64,000 nucleotides of DNA from Eledone cirrhosa (taxonomy: Eukaryota): positions 12,586,001 through 12,650,000 of the forward strand of contig OZ024752.1 in the NCBI GenBank assembly GCA_964016885.1, read 5' to 3'. Numbering within the stretch: the first letter of the stretch is position 1; each line of letters starts with the position of its first letter. Under the pieces are notes generated by a model that was given only the letters and a program-made list of their open reading frames with translations, ran no database searches and was not told the DNA's origin. The position numbers and the translations under genes were made by a program. Of this stretch, positions 13,035 to 28,450 are shown piece after piece.

Positions 13035-13768
13035 GCCCAAAGCCCAATCACCCTCCTTCTTCATCCCTCCCCTCTCTTCTGCGGCGACATCAGGGCTCTT
13101 GCCTTCTCCTCCCTTTCCCGTTCTTTTTCTTCTTTCTTTCTCTCTTTTTTTTTCTATATTTCCCTATTCTTTCTTTCCTTTTGTTTCCCCTTTTAAAAAA
13201 TTTTTCTTACTAAATAAGGTTTTTTTTAAAACTTTTGAATAAAGTTATTGAAGTTTAAATAATTGTTTCTGGTTTAGGCACAAGGCCAACGATTTTTATT
13301 GGGTGTGGGTGGAGGCAGTCGATTAAATCAACCCCAATGTATTACTGGAGCTTTATTATATTAACCCTGTATGGATGAAAGGCAAAGGTAACCTCAGCGG
13401 GATTTGAACTTATAACATAAAGGGATGTAACTCTATGCTACGAAGCATAATGTCCGACGCTCTACATTATTTAGACGATACCATTTTTAAGCATTAAACA
13501 TTTATTTCTGAAAAAAGATTTCTCATGTCCAGGGGAGTTAACTTTGGTGTTCTCTTTTTGTTATTTCCCTTCAATTGTCCTAAATATATAGGAATGAGGA
13601 ACTTTACGGAGAAAGACAATAGTATTTGTTACAATCGATATCAGGAGACAGCTGTATAAAATATACCTGTTGAATCAGTGTAAGTTGTAACACCTTTTGT
13701 ACTGCATTGTACTTTATATATATATATATATATATTGGAAAATGTGTGTAATCCTTGGTACAGTTAGG

Positions 13769-14278
13769 TATATTAAGACAGGGGTGAAAAAAAAATGGCT
13801 TCACTTGTGCTTTCAACAAATTTATTTTCTTCACAAAATCCAAAAAGAATTTTTTTCCGGATTAGAAAAAATGTTTTTTCTAAAAAATAATTTTTTTATT
13901 TTTTTTATTTTTTTTATTTTTTTATTTTTTTTTATTTTTTTTTATTTTTTTTTATTTTTTTTTATTTTTTTTTATTTTTTTATAAATTAAGTTGTTGGTT
14001 GTTGGTTAGGTCTTAGGAGTTCTTGGTTAACGTAGGAGGTATTGTTTCGTTTTTAGAAAGACCTTTCACGCTGAGGTGCGCTTGTCAAACCTCCTACGTT
14101 AACCAAGAACTCCTAAGACCTAACCAACAACCAACAACTTAATTTATTAAAAAAAAAAAAAAAAAGTTTTTTAAGAAAAAAAGTTTTTCTAATCCGGAAA
14201 AAAATTCTTTTTGGATTTTGTGAAGAAAATAAATTTGCTGAAAGCACAAGTGAAGCCGTTTTTTTCTTCCCTCCTGTC

Positions 14279-14286
<8 letters not shown>
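13769..14286. repeat. ~520-bp fold-back inverted repeat with a ~48-nt loop
   Basis: tattaagacagg...cgtaggaggt / acctcctacg...cctgtcttaata; a (T)nA tract is expanded in the left arm only. Confidence 0.92.
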
Positions 14287-14310
<24 letters not shown>

Positions 14311-14440
14311 ACGAAGGAAATGTGGTAAGGAACCAGGTGGACCATAACGCACCAAAGTACTCAATACTTAGGGTAGTAGAGTGGGTAATAGGAACGAGTA
14401 GGACCCCGACGCCTGAGCTCAAGCCGTATATATATATATG

Positions 14441-14597
<157 letters not shown>

Positions 14598-14599
14598 TG

Positions 14600-15610
14600 C
14601 ATGCAACAACATCCCTCACTAGCTATGCTGATGACACTAAGGTAGCACAGGCAATCAAAAACCCGGCTGACGCTGCCCTTTTACAGCAGGATCTGGATGC
14701 CATATACAGATGGGCGGAAGAAAACAACATGCAGTTTAATGCTGGCAAATTCCAAGCCCTACAATACAAACCTGCAAACACAAATATAGTGGAACACAGC
14801 TACACAGGACCAGGAGGGACCGATATCTCCGTGTCAAAATCGATACAAGACCTGGGCATAGACATGAGCGATGATGCATCTTTTTCTTCACACATCATGA
14901 AGGTGGCGACAGCATGTAGACGATTCGCTGGCTGGATCTTGAGGACTTTCCTTACAAGAGATCGAGACACCATGTTGACACTGTGGAGGACTTTTGTCCT
15001 AAGCCGCCTGGACTACTGCTCCCAGCTGTGGTCACCCCATAGTGTCAAACTAACCACGGAGCTTGAGGCAATCCAGCGAAGCTACACCAAGAGGATTGCC
15101 AAGATGAAGGAGACAAGCTACTGGGAGAGGCTGAAGGAACTGAACCTCTACTCCTTGGAGCGAAGACGGGAGAGATACGCAGTGATCTACATGTGGAAAA
15201 TCCTGGAGGGACTAGCACCAAACTTTGGCATTGGGAGCTGGACCAACCGTCGAACAGGACGTCACTGTGTGGTGCCAAAGGTCCCGTCTTCCACATCTAG
15301 AATAAGGAGCAGGTATTGCAATAGCCTGGGATTCAAGGGCCCTCAACTCTTCAACAGGCTGCCGAGGCATCTGAGAGACTTGCATGACGTGGAGGTGGAT
15401 GTCTTTAAGAAACATCTCGACACCTTGTTATCCAGGATCCCGGATGAGCCCACAGCAAGACATGAGGGAAACCTAAGGGCAGCAGCAACAAACTCCCTCC
15501 TACACCAGTGGCCAACCTATACAGGCTGGAGATAAAATGTGTAACAACAAGGGCGGTGCCCCAGCATGGCCTCAGCCGGATGGCTGAAACAGGTAAAAGA
15601 GAATAAAAGA
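14600..15610 (+). mobile_element. CR1/L2-group LINE 3' fragment with 3' UTR
   Basis: [18 protein letters not shown] and [10 protein letters not shown]; tail ggtgccccagcatggcc...aaaagagaataaaaga; flanked by (TA)n. Confidence 0.88.
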
Positions 15611-18316
<2,706 letters not shown>

Positions 18317-18721
18317 ACGTAATTGCTGGCCTTGTGCCTAAAGTAGAAACATTTATATATTTTTAGAACAAATTATTCCTCACAACAAAGAAATAACTAA
18401 CTTTTTAAGATTATTCTATTCCATTCTACTTGATGTAACACACTAATCTCAGTACCCCTTTTCCTCCAACTGTAATCTTTGACCATCAACACTTTTTTAT
18501 ATACAATATGTCTAAATTCATTTACACTAGCAACTTTCATTTCTTTTCCTAAAAGACATTTGAAACCTATTTATTCATCTACTTTGGCCTATTTACTCAT
18601 CTACTACCACCAGCCTTAAGGATCTATACTGCCCCTTTCCGTTCTTGACATTTATCAATTTCAACCTGGTTATAAAACCTTACTTATTCATATGTATGTT
18701 TATTTGTATTCTTCAATAAAC

Positions 18722-18870
18722 AAAAGTCATTATTCCTGAAGATGGCAGGTAGTAAAGACATATGTATTTTTTCTTACTATGATATTTTGTAATATGTTTT
18801 ACATACATCAATAATTGAATGAACATGCAGGGAACTACCCCCGAGAAACGATCGTAAAATAATGAGTTTT
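18722..18870 (+). ncRNA. Type I hammerhead motif with a ~100-nt stem II region
   Basis: Stem I aaaagtcattatt/aataatgagtttt; CUGAAGA 18736-18742; ggtagt...actacc helix; GAAA 18845-18848; palindromic cgatcg; UA cleavage site after 18856. Confidence 0.7.
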
Positions 18871-18911
18871 ACTATGGATTAACAGTTTTGTGTTTAATTT
18901 CATTGTTTTAA

Positions 18912-18985
<74 letters not shown>

Positions 18986-19184
18986 TAAATACATAAACGG
19001 AGAAAGCTATTAGCGATACTCCGACCAATTTCCATCTCACTCAACAAACATTAGGAAATATCTGAGTATATTCCCAATTAAACGTTTGGGGTGATAACTA
19101 TATTGTATTGTGTGGATAATTGGCTGTATTATTTCATATGAGATATATCAAATATATCATTTTCAAAACGACTCGTTTCATTAC

Positions 19185-20830
19185 AATGGTGCTACTCCGG
19201 AGCAGTGGAAAACTGCCAATGTCATTCCCCTGTTCAAAAAGGGCAACCGCATGTCACCTGTCAACTATCGTCCAGTCAGTCTTACTGGCTGTATGGCCAA
19301 ACTGATGGAATCCTGTGTCAGAGAAACACTTTGGAACTTCTGGAGCTCTCACAGCCTCATCCGGCCCTCACAGTTTGGATTTATCCCTAACTCCAGCTGC
19401 TGTGATCAGCTTATCGAGTTCCTTGAGGATATCACCCAGATCACTGACAGCGGCTCATGGGTGGATGTTGTTTACCTTGACTTTGCTAAGGCTTTTAATT
19501 CTGTGCCACACAAAAGACTTATGGCAAAACTCTCTGCAATGGGTGTGAGGGATGATCTTTTCGACTGGTTGAAATCCTTCATTCTCAGCCGAAAAGAAGT
19601 AGTCACGGTTCTAGGACAGCATTCTTCACCATATGAGATGTCATCTGGTGTACCACAGGGATCTGTTCTTGGTCCTCTTTTGTTTGTGGCATATATTAAT
19701 GACATAGATGCCAACTTACAGAATGCCACGGTACTAAAATATGCAGATGACATCAAGCTGTACCTTGAAATCAAAAGGACTGATCCTGAAATATACAACT
19801 CTTTCCTACAATCAGACCTGGACACAATGCAGCAATGGATCACAGACTGGCAACTGAAGCTGGCTGTGGACAAGTGTACCACCATGCATTTTGGAAAGAA
19901 AAATCCAGCGTCCACATACTCCCTCCACAACACTGATATCAAAAAGTCCTCTTGTGAACGTGACCTGGGCATTACTGTCAGCAACGATCTGCGTTGGACA
20001 AAGCATGTCTCTAAGATTGTCAAAAAGGCCGAGGGTGTCTTGGCATCACTCAGCAAGACCTTTGTTAGCCGCTCTCCAGCCATCTATTTAAAACTGTATA
20101 CAGCTATGGTACAACCACACTTGGAATTCGCATCATCAGTCTGGAACCCCTATCTTGCTCAGAACATTGACCTCCTGGAAACTGTTCAGAGACGTGCAAC
20201 CAAGCGCATACCCTCCATCAGACACCTACCATACTCTGAACGCCTTGCTTCCCTGGGCATGGATTCATTGAAGCTCCGACGTCTGGCAATGGACTTGGTG
20301 AATACCCACAAAGTTTTTAACCATCTCGCCAATTGCAACTCTGAGCGCCTCTTTGATCTCCATGTGTCTAACACACGTGGACATGCCTACAAGATGAGAA
20401 AACAGCACAGCTCCCATGACTTTCGTAGACATTTTTTGACGTTCAGAGTTGCTGAAGCATGGAACAAACTGCCTGCGTCAATTGTTAGCTGCCGAGACAC
20501 TGCATCCTTTAAGACACTCATGCTTCCCGAAATACACCAAAACTACACCTGATGTACCCCTTCCATACACATGCACACATGTGTGTATCATGACTCGTGC
20601 ACTGTTCATTTTGCTGATGTTTGTGCATTGCCCTATGTACTGTACATGCACTTTTTTTGATGAGTTGTGGTGCACCTGGGCACTGTACACAATATTTCAT
20701 TATTGTTATTATTATTATATCATGACTCATACACTGTTCATTTTCCTGACATTTGTACATTATTCTATGTACTATACATGCACCTTTGATGAGTTGTAGT
20801 GCACCTGAGCACTGTACACAATAATTTCAT
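19185..20830 (+). mobile_element. CR1-clade LINE, RT region and 3' UTR
   Basis: WKTANVIPLFKKG, NYRPVSLT, DVVYLDFAKAF, SGVPQGSVLGPLLF and YADD; the 3' UTR is partly duplicated, with another 3' UTR copy at 36150-36340 (-). Confidence 0.92.
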
Positions 20831-21121
20831 TATTATTATTATTATAAGATTTCTACAAGTTGGGAGAAATTATACCAAGTTATGTGGAAGCTTGTATAAG
20901 ATCAACAGATATTTATTCAACTGGGCTCTTACAAATCTTCAGTGGGTGCCCAATAACATTAATATTGATAACCAAATCAATATCAATATTTAGCGATAAT
21001 CACCATCAGTGCTTGAGGGGACTGCTAGGTTGCTAGTCCAGCAGGTCTAAAGAAAATCTCACACTGTCCCGAAAATGGGAGGAAGGAGGCTAATATATAT
21101 ATATATATATATATATAAAGG

Positions 21122-21308
21122 GTGGTGGATTGGCAGTATAGGTAGAGAGTCGGGCGCCATGCTTTCCAGCATAGTTACGTCCCTTTATGATCTGAGTTCA
21201 AATCCCGCCAAGGTTAACTTTACTTTTCATCCTTACGGAGTCAATAAAATAAAGTACCAGTAATGTACTCGGTAATTGCTGGCCTTGTGCCAAATGTAGA
21301 AACAATTA
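21122..21308 (+). mobile_element. SINE family A, full-length
   Basis: Matches the family consensus from head to tail. Confidence 0.88.
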
Positions 21309-21749
21309 TATATATATATATATATATATAATTTTATACCTAATTGTGTATGGTTGACGGTATATTTAGTCGATTTCCACGTGCTATTGAAATGTTGGGT
21401 AAATATTCTATGGCGGTCGGCTGCGAAGAGATTGCTGTCATTTATTTATCTAATATTTCTTCATCCTTTTAATCTTATAGCCTGGTCTAATTGATTTTTT
21501 ATGTTGTTGATTATGCTAATTGGGAGAGGAAATGGTGTATATATATTATCAAATGATTCTTTGGACATACTTTATATTATATATGTATATATATATCCAA
21601 GGAAAACTTGAACCGTTAAGGTATATTCTCCTTGGTTATGTCAAAATTTATAAAACACACTTCGTATTTTATCTGATGATAGCGTACCAAAATTTTGGTA
21701 CCCTTGAATAAATATGGTTTTATAAATATAGTTTCCATTTATTTAATAT

Positions 21750-21825
<76 letters not shown>

Positions 21826-21887
21826 GAAAGGTATAGAAAACATTGTAGCAAAAAGCCAACAGTATTCCATAATATATATATATATAT

Positions 21888-22265
21888 CATTATCATCATC
21901 ATCATCACCGTTTTACGTCCGTTCTTCCACGTTAGCATGGGTTAGACGGGTTGTCCTGTTGTGGGCAGTGTCTGGTCGGCTGACCATGCCTTGCTCATAC
22001 AGGAACTGATTTGGCTTGATTTTTACAGCTGGATGCCCTTCCTAACACCAACCTCATTTACAGTGAGTGCTGGGTGCTTTTTTGTGGCGCCTACATGTCC
22101 ACTTTACAGTGTGGGCTGGTGCTTTTTTGCCGTGGCACCTCCATGACCACCTTGCAGTGGGGGGTGTGGAGGCATATTGTCTATATGCTTGAGCTTGTAC
22201 CCATGGGAGGTCGGGTACTCTGTATTACTGCGTGACGCCAGAGGTCACGGTCGTGTGTCATCGCC
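21888..22265 (-). mobile_element. 3' end of the RTE family found at 2593-6014
   Basis: Near-identical reverse complement of ~5635-6010. Confidence 0.9.
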
Positions 22266-22766
22266 TTTATATATATATATATATATATAATGTGCCCCCT
22301 AAAAACGTATACATACTTTGATTAGAAGGCTGTTGAAGTGTGTATGCATTTTTGGGGGACACCTTGTATATACACACACATATACGCACACACATATATA
22401 CCCCCCCCCCCCCCCCCCCCCCACACACACACATATATATATATAGAAATAATTACAAAAGTGACATAAACCGATACTTAAGTTTCTTTGGCTTCAGGAC
22501 CCCAACTCATTCAGCCTGTCATGAGGAAAATAAGAGTGAGTTGTATCACCCAATAATTTGACACCTTTTGGATTTTCAGTATAATCGGTAGAGTGTCAGA
22601 CACTTTGCAGCATAGAGTTATGGCCCTTTACGTTCTGAGTTCAAATCCCGTTGAGGTTAACTTTGCCTTTCATTTTTACGGAGTTGATAAAATAAAGTAC
22701 CAGTAATGCGCTGGGGTAATTGCTGGCCTTGTGCCAAAAGTAGAAACAATTATATATATATATTAA

Positions 22767-22847
22767 CAGGGTATCTCTAAAAAATGTATATACACTTTGA
22801 TTAGAAGGTTGTTGGAGTATGTATACATTTTCGGGGGACACCCTGTA
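22767..22847. mobile_element. ~80-bp Tc1/mariner-type MITE
   Basis: TIR-like ends acagggt.../...acaccctgta in TA context; relatives at 22290-22368, 33290-33500 and 56736-56815. Confidence 0.6.
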
Positions 22848-22891
22848 TGTATGTATGTATGTATATATCTATCTAGGACGGGTAAAATTCC

Positions 22892-22930
<39 letters not shown>

Positions 22931-22934
<4 letters not shown>

Positions 22935-23643
22935 AACCTTGGTCTTCCTCTTCCAGTGTGTCCATGTAGGGGCTCCCACACGAGCACTGAGTGCAATGTC
23001 AACTCTGGATGTCGGTGAGCATGTCCAACTAACCTCAGTCTCCTCTGTGTCACTTTTGAGCTGACTTTTGGGAGGCTCCCATACAGCTCTGAGTTTTTCA
23101 TCCCCAGTGTATACTGATTAATGTTCAGAGCCATCCTCAGCATTCTCGTGTAGTACCCATCCACCATCTGAGTGAGTTTCTTGGTCAGTGTCCAAGTCTC
23201 AGACCCGTACAGCAGCACAGACTCCACTACAGCAATGAAGAGGCGGACTTTCAGGTCTTTACGAAGGTCCGACCTCCACACCGATCTCAAGCAGTGGCAC
23301 GCCGCCCAGGCTTTGCTCTTCCTCTCAACCACATCATCTTCCGTATGCCTAATCTTTGCTCCCAAATACAGGAAGTCCTCAACCAATTCATGCGGCTTCC
23401 TGCCTACATTAGTGATCCCCTCTGGCTTCTCAACATTCTCTACCAGATATTTTGTTTTAGACTCATTCATTCTCAGCCCCACACTCATCGACACTGGAAG
23501 AGGAAGACCAAGGTTAACGTATGTTGATGCCCTAAGGACAGACACTGGTCTGTTGGAGACGCAGGACATGGCAGTGATAATGAGGGACAGAGACCGCTGG
23601 AGAGAACTCGTCCATGGATCTCAGGAATTTTACCCGCCCTAGA
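22931..23643. mobile_element. RTE-like LINE fragment with a 5' inversion
   Basis: 22931-23490 is minus-strand and 23490-23643 is plus-strand sequence of the family at 10670-11531. Confidence 0.85.
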
Positions 23644-23659
23644 ATATATATATATACAC

Positions 23660-23774
23660 AAAAAGATTCAGGACCCCAATGGTTGAGCTCCAGCCGTTTT
23701 GACAGTTAGATCCGAACATTCGGATCTAGCTGTCGAAACGGCCAGAGCTCAGCCATTGGGGTCCTGAATCTTTT
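23660..23774. repeat. 115-bp hairpin made from the 3' half of a hammerhead motif
   Basis: aaaagattcaggacccc...tccgaa ca ttcgga...ggggtcctgaatctttt; contains GAAA-cggc...gcc. Confidence 0.85.
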
Positions 23775-24079
23775 CATATTACCCACACTACTGCCCCAAG
23801 TATTGAGTACTTTTGTGGGTTATGGTCCACCTGGTATTTTACCGCACCTTTCTGATATATATATATATACGCACACACACACAAACATTTATATATATGT
23901 GTGTGTAAATATATGTATATACACACACAGATATATATATATATATACATATATATATTGTTACACTTTGGGAGTGTCATGCTGCCAATAGAAACACGTA
24001 CACCTGTTGATTTTTCACTTTAAATTGTATAAATTTCCAGTCGCTTGGTTTAATAACTGGATGGTTGTTTATTTGTTTA

Positions 24080-24124
24080 TTGTTAAAGCTTTTTCGTCAC
24101 ACATTCTGCGACTTCCTCAGTGAC
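24080..24124 (-). ncRNA. Hammerhead motif, degenerate; same family as 62226-62348
   Basis: Reverse complement reads gtca CUGAGGA agtcgcagaatgtgtgac GAAA aagctt taac. Confidence 0.55.
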
Positions 24125-24391
24125 GAATTTGTTAATTTGTGTCTCTCTTTGTGAAGATTTTTAAAGATTCCCGGAGAAGTTTCTCGCATTCATCGGTGGC
24201 GAATGTCAAACTGAGATATATATATATTTAAAATGGTGGAGCGAACAACAAAGATTTATGAATACATGTATATTTAAGGGTCTGTTTTTCTTTTTTTTTC
24301 CTTTCTTTGATTCGTCAAAGTGACATTATTGAAAAAATGAGAGGGACAATTCTTTTAGAAAAGAGTTTTATAATGAATATAAAGTATATAA

Positions 24392-24440
24392 AGTATAACC
24401 GGTTTCGATGTTTTAGTAAAATTCATCTTATCAAATGTTG
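24392..24440 (-). ncRNA. Hammerhead motif with a U3-A8 core, weak stem I
   Basis: Reverse complement reads at UUGAUAA gatg...catc GAAA ccgg UU at. Confidence 0.5.
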
Positions 24441-24816
24441 AGTATTACAATTAAAAAGAATTGATAAGAATTAAAAACTAAAAATTAAAGATTTAAAATT
24501 AAGTGTTGAGGTAAGTTTTTTTCATCTTCCTTGTTGAGAAGGAGACTGGAAAATGAACTCTTGTATATATATAGAGAGAGGTGTGTGGTCCTTGTGATTT
24601 TTCACTTGAAATAATATAGAAATTAAATAAAACTAAAATTAAATTTAAAAAATAATGTTTTTTTCAACCAGCTTATTCAATAATACATTAAATTGATTTT
24701 TCTGGACTTAATATCTATTCTTCAATCTATTAAGTAACGTGATTTTTACAAAAGAAACTCTTCTGTGTTTTATCTTCTTAAATAACACCAGATGTCTATT
24801 TGTGCTAGACAAACAG

Positions 24817-24913
24817 ATCTATCTATCCATCTATCTGTCTAACTGTCTGTCTGAACATTCGTCTGTCTGTCTATCTGTCTGTTTGTCTATCTATCTGTCT
24901 GTCTATCTGTCTC

Positions 24914-24944
<31 letters not shown>

Positions 24945-24953
24945 ATCTGTCTC

Positions 24954-24984
<31 letters not shown>

Positions 24985-25033
24985 ATCTGTCTCTCTGCCT
25001 GTCTGTCTGTCTGTCTATCTGTCTGTCTGTCTC

Positions 25034-25064
<31 letters not shown>

Positions 25065-25073
25065 ATCTGTCTC

Positions 25074-25106
<33 letters not shown>

Positions 25107-25209
25107 TTATCTGTCTGTCTGTCTATCTGTCTGTCTGCCTGTCTGTCTGTCTGTCTGTCTGTCTCTCTGTCTGTCTGTTTGTCTATCTATCTGTCTGTCT
25201 ATCTGTCTC

Positions 25210-25240
<31 letters not shown>

Positions 25241-25246
25241 GACTGT
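24817..25246. repeat. (TCTG)n/(TCTA)n microsatellite
   Basis: Direct inspection. Confidence 0.97.
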
Positions 25247-25567
25247 CCCTCTACATTCACACAAATGTACACAATCATACATTTGCCCACACATATGTAC
25301 ACACGCATAAGAATTATGTAACCCTGGTGGGGTGTGGTGGGCGTCTCATACACAGTACCCCACCCACTCTAATTTTACATATCAAAGTTAGCTTGACGCA
25401 AGTAATTGGAATTGAAAAGTTATATATAGAAGCATTCAATTCCCAAATTCTAACCATCCGAGTTAAGGGCACAGATAAATAGCTACGACTGTCGCTTGTG
25501 GGGCCCACCAATGCAAGGGCCCCAGGGCAATTGCCCCTTTAACCCCCCCCCCCCCCCCCGCCCCCCA

Positions 25568-26060
25568 TTAAATCTGTTGTCCTTTCATCATCTTGTATGA
25601 AATGTAGCGAATGTCTTCATGTACCACCAGCCTAATGAGCTTTTCATCCATGCCTTTCTCCCTTGCAATGGCACGCATCGACTTGCTAGGTTCATTGTTG
25701 ATGATATCCTGAACTTCAGCGACGAACTCAGGCGTTTGATCATGTGTTTTCCTCTCTGATGTTGCTTCGTAGTCGAATCCTGAATCTTCCAATTCCTTTC
25801 TGACCTTTTCCACCATTCTTCTGCTGACGCTGAGAAAGTCTGAAATTTCCTTATTTGTCCTCCCGGCGCAGATTCCAAGAAGAACTCCGTGTCTCTTCCA
25901 CAAATTTGGAGATTCAAAATTATTCATAATCAATTATTCTGAAAATAAATAATGGAAATATAGTCACTGTTTTTATGAAGACAAGAGTGACAACGGAAGT
26001 AAAAAAAAATTTGCATAAAGTTAGCAGTTGAAAATTGCAAACAAATATCGTCCGCAACCT
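25568..26060 (-). mobile_element. Tc1/mariner-superfamily transposase N-terminal (HTH) fragment
   Basis: GRTNKEISDFLSVSRRMVEKV...TPEFVAEVQDIINNEPSKSMRAIARE..IRLVVHEDI resembles the paired HTH domains of maT/mariner-type transposases; truncated before the catalytic domain. Confidence 0.7.
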
Positions 26061-26213
26061 GTGTATATAGATATGACCAAAGATTAGTATGTTTCGTTGA
26101 TTACTCAATGAATACAATTTTACAATAGATTAGAAGCACTCAACAGAAAAGTTTTCCTGGAGTTTTTAATATTATTCAAAATATTAACAAATGAAAAATA
26201 TTCTCATTATCAA

Positions 26214-26290
26214 AATATATACTTTATTATATATATTTCAGAGGTACTGTGTTGTTTTTTCAGTACGTCCTCATCAGACAATATATATGA
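26214..26290 (-). ncRNA. Type I hammerhead motif
   Basis: Reverse complement reads atatatttgt CUGAUGA ggacgtactg...cagtacctct GAAA tatata UA ataaagtatat. Confidence 0.72.
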
Positions 26291-26302
26291 TTTGATATAT
26301 GA

Positions 26303-26699
26303 CATATCGCTACGGTCTTGATTATTCAATTCCAGTATTGGTAGCAATACTGGAATTGAATAATCAAGACCGTAGCGGTATGCCAGTTGAGCACTCTATG
26401 CTCCTACGAGTAAGATAAAATGGAAAACGAAGAATCAGTTATGTATCGGAACTCAATTTATTGCGTATTACAAATGTTTCTCCGGTGAACAGCTTGAGGT
26501 GTGATCTGTTGGTGGATTGACCTGACTCTGGATTCGCAAGTTCCTCAGATATGTCTGTTGGTTACAAAGCAGGTTCTTTGAAAGAGAACCTGCTTTGTAA
26601 CTAACAGATCACACCTCAAGCTGTTCACCGGAGAAACATTTGTAATACGCAATAAATTGAGTTCCGATACATAACTGATTCTTCATTTTCCATTTTATA
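26303..26699. repeat. Two adjacent fold-back palindromes (26303-26381; 26415-26699)
   Basis: Arms are reverse complements; the second has an asymmetric insert containing tcctcag (CUGAGGA on the minus strand) upstream of GAAAcatttgUA. Confidence 0.88.
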
Positions 26700-27829
26700 T
26701 TTATATATATATATATATGGGTAAATGTATGTATATATGTAAATGTATGTGTAAATGTATGTATATGTGTAAATGTATGTATATGTATAAATGTATGTAT
26801 ATATATAAATGTATGTATATATGTAAATGTGTGTATATATGTATATTTATATATGTAAATGTATGTATATATATATTTATATATATGTGTGTGTGTAGGA
26901 TTCCCTACAGATTGTATGAACATATGTTGCTTTAGTTGTTTGTTATAACTGCTTTCTATAAATCAATATCACATTTACAACTAGTATGTCTGTTAGTTCG
27001 TACAACAACTGTTATTGCCTGTGAAATTAATGTACAAGTGCCTGAGCATTCAACTAATACATGTACTCTCTGGGAAATTCAGTGTGACAGTGTACTTTAA
27101 GACAGGCTCTTTAAATTACAGGTATGACTCATTCAGGTAGCTGAGTTGACTGGAGCAATGTGAAATATAGTGTCTTGATGGATAATCAGTTAAACTGGGG
27201 GTGGGGGGAATATCTCAACCTTTGAGATCAGCTCTCACCCCTTCTGTGTGCAGCTTTTCCTTGGTCTACCTCTACTGCAGCTTCCTTCCACTGGGATTGT
27301 CACAGACTTCACCACAAATCTATCAGAGAATGGACACAATACTTTGACAATCTACCCACTTTGGGGCTGGAAGGAAGGAATCAAACTCACAACCTTATGA
27401 TGATAAGCTAAATCCCCACCCCTCACCATTAAGCTACACACTTTCTGACAAATGGTATGGGTATCTTTAAAACCACACCTTGTACTCTCGGATCTCGAAT
27501 ACCCCCCCCCCCCCCCCCGCTTATTAATTTTTCAGACCGCCACCCCAGCACACTTGTATTAAATCTATCTCTGGCAAAATTTTATTTTAAGTGGTAGCCT
27601 TCCCGTGGTAATTAATTTTCTTTATACACTAAAAAACATTATACATGACAACAAAGTACATTAATAGAAATCCTATACGTTATGAAATAAATTAGGATGG
27701 ATTGAGATATCAATATGTAAACTAAACGACTAATCCTGGTTTTTAAACAAAATCAACAGTGACAACCTAGAAAACTTACTGATTTTCCATCCCCCACACT
27801 AGACCTGAGTAACATTACTCTAAAGACCC

Positions 27830-28450
27830 TTTGAAGGAACCCCATTTCAGCTGCTTCTATTCACAATCGTATTCTTTTGGTCATTACCAAATATTCATGA
27901 CCATAGGTAAGGGTTGGCATAAATACCGAATTGAAGATAGGGATTTTGGCTTTTACACTTACCTCCCTTTTTCTGATTACTGAATACTGAAGTTGGCACA
28001 TTACTGCACCAGCTCCTGCATTCTTGCACTTAATTCAACCCCCTGCCTTCCATCACTCATAAACATGGCCCCGAGATATTTGAACTTCACCTACTTCAGT
28101 GGAACTCCCTTCACGTGTAGTGCGCTCTGTGAGGCTTCCTTGAGAGGACAAGTGTTTCAGTATTCGCAGCACTGATTTTCATTCCATGCAGCACTCTGCT
28201 TCAAACCTATCAAGTGCAAATTGGAGATCATCTTCTGCCTAGTTAAATAACACCACGTCGTCTGCAAAAATTCCAGCCGACTGATTTTACACCCAGCAAT
28301 CATGATACCACTTTCAACTTTCAACTCGGCTGCGCATGTCAGTCCCGTTCATGAAAATAATTAACAGGAGAGGTGATAGTACAAACCCTTGGAGGAGTCC
28401 ACATTGAATAGTTTTGATTCAGCATCATTCCTCCAAACACAAATATTTGG
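27830..28450 (-). mobile_element. Old RTE-like LINE fragment (family also at 40390-41150 +, 43000-43640 -, 57210-57750 +)
   Basis: The four segments share nucleotide similarity; the 40573 copy encodes GVKAKLAIFNSIFMLTLTYSYECLVMTKR. Confidence 0.7.

Noticed and set aside
13592-13685. Possible exon (tatatag acceptor, gtaagt donor)
   Set aside because: All three frames from that acceptor contain stops, and there is no recognisable gelsolin-like peptide.
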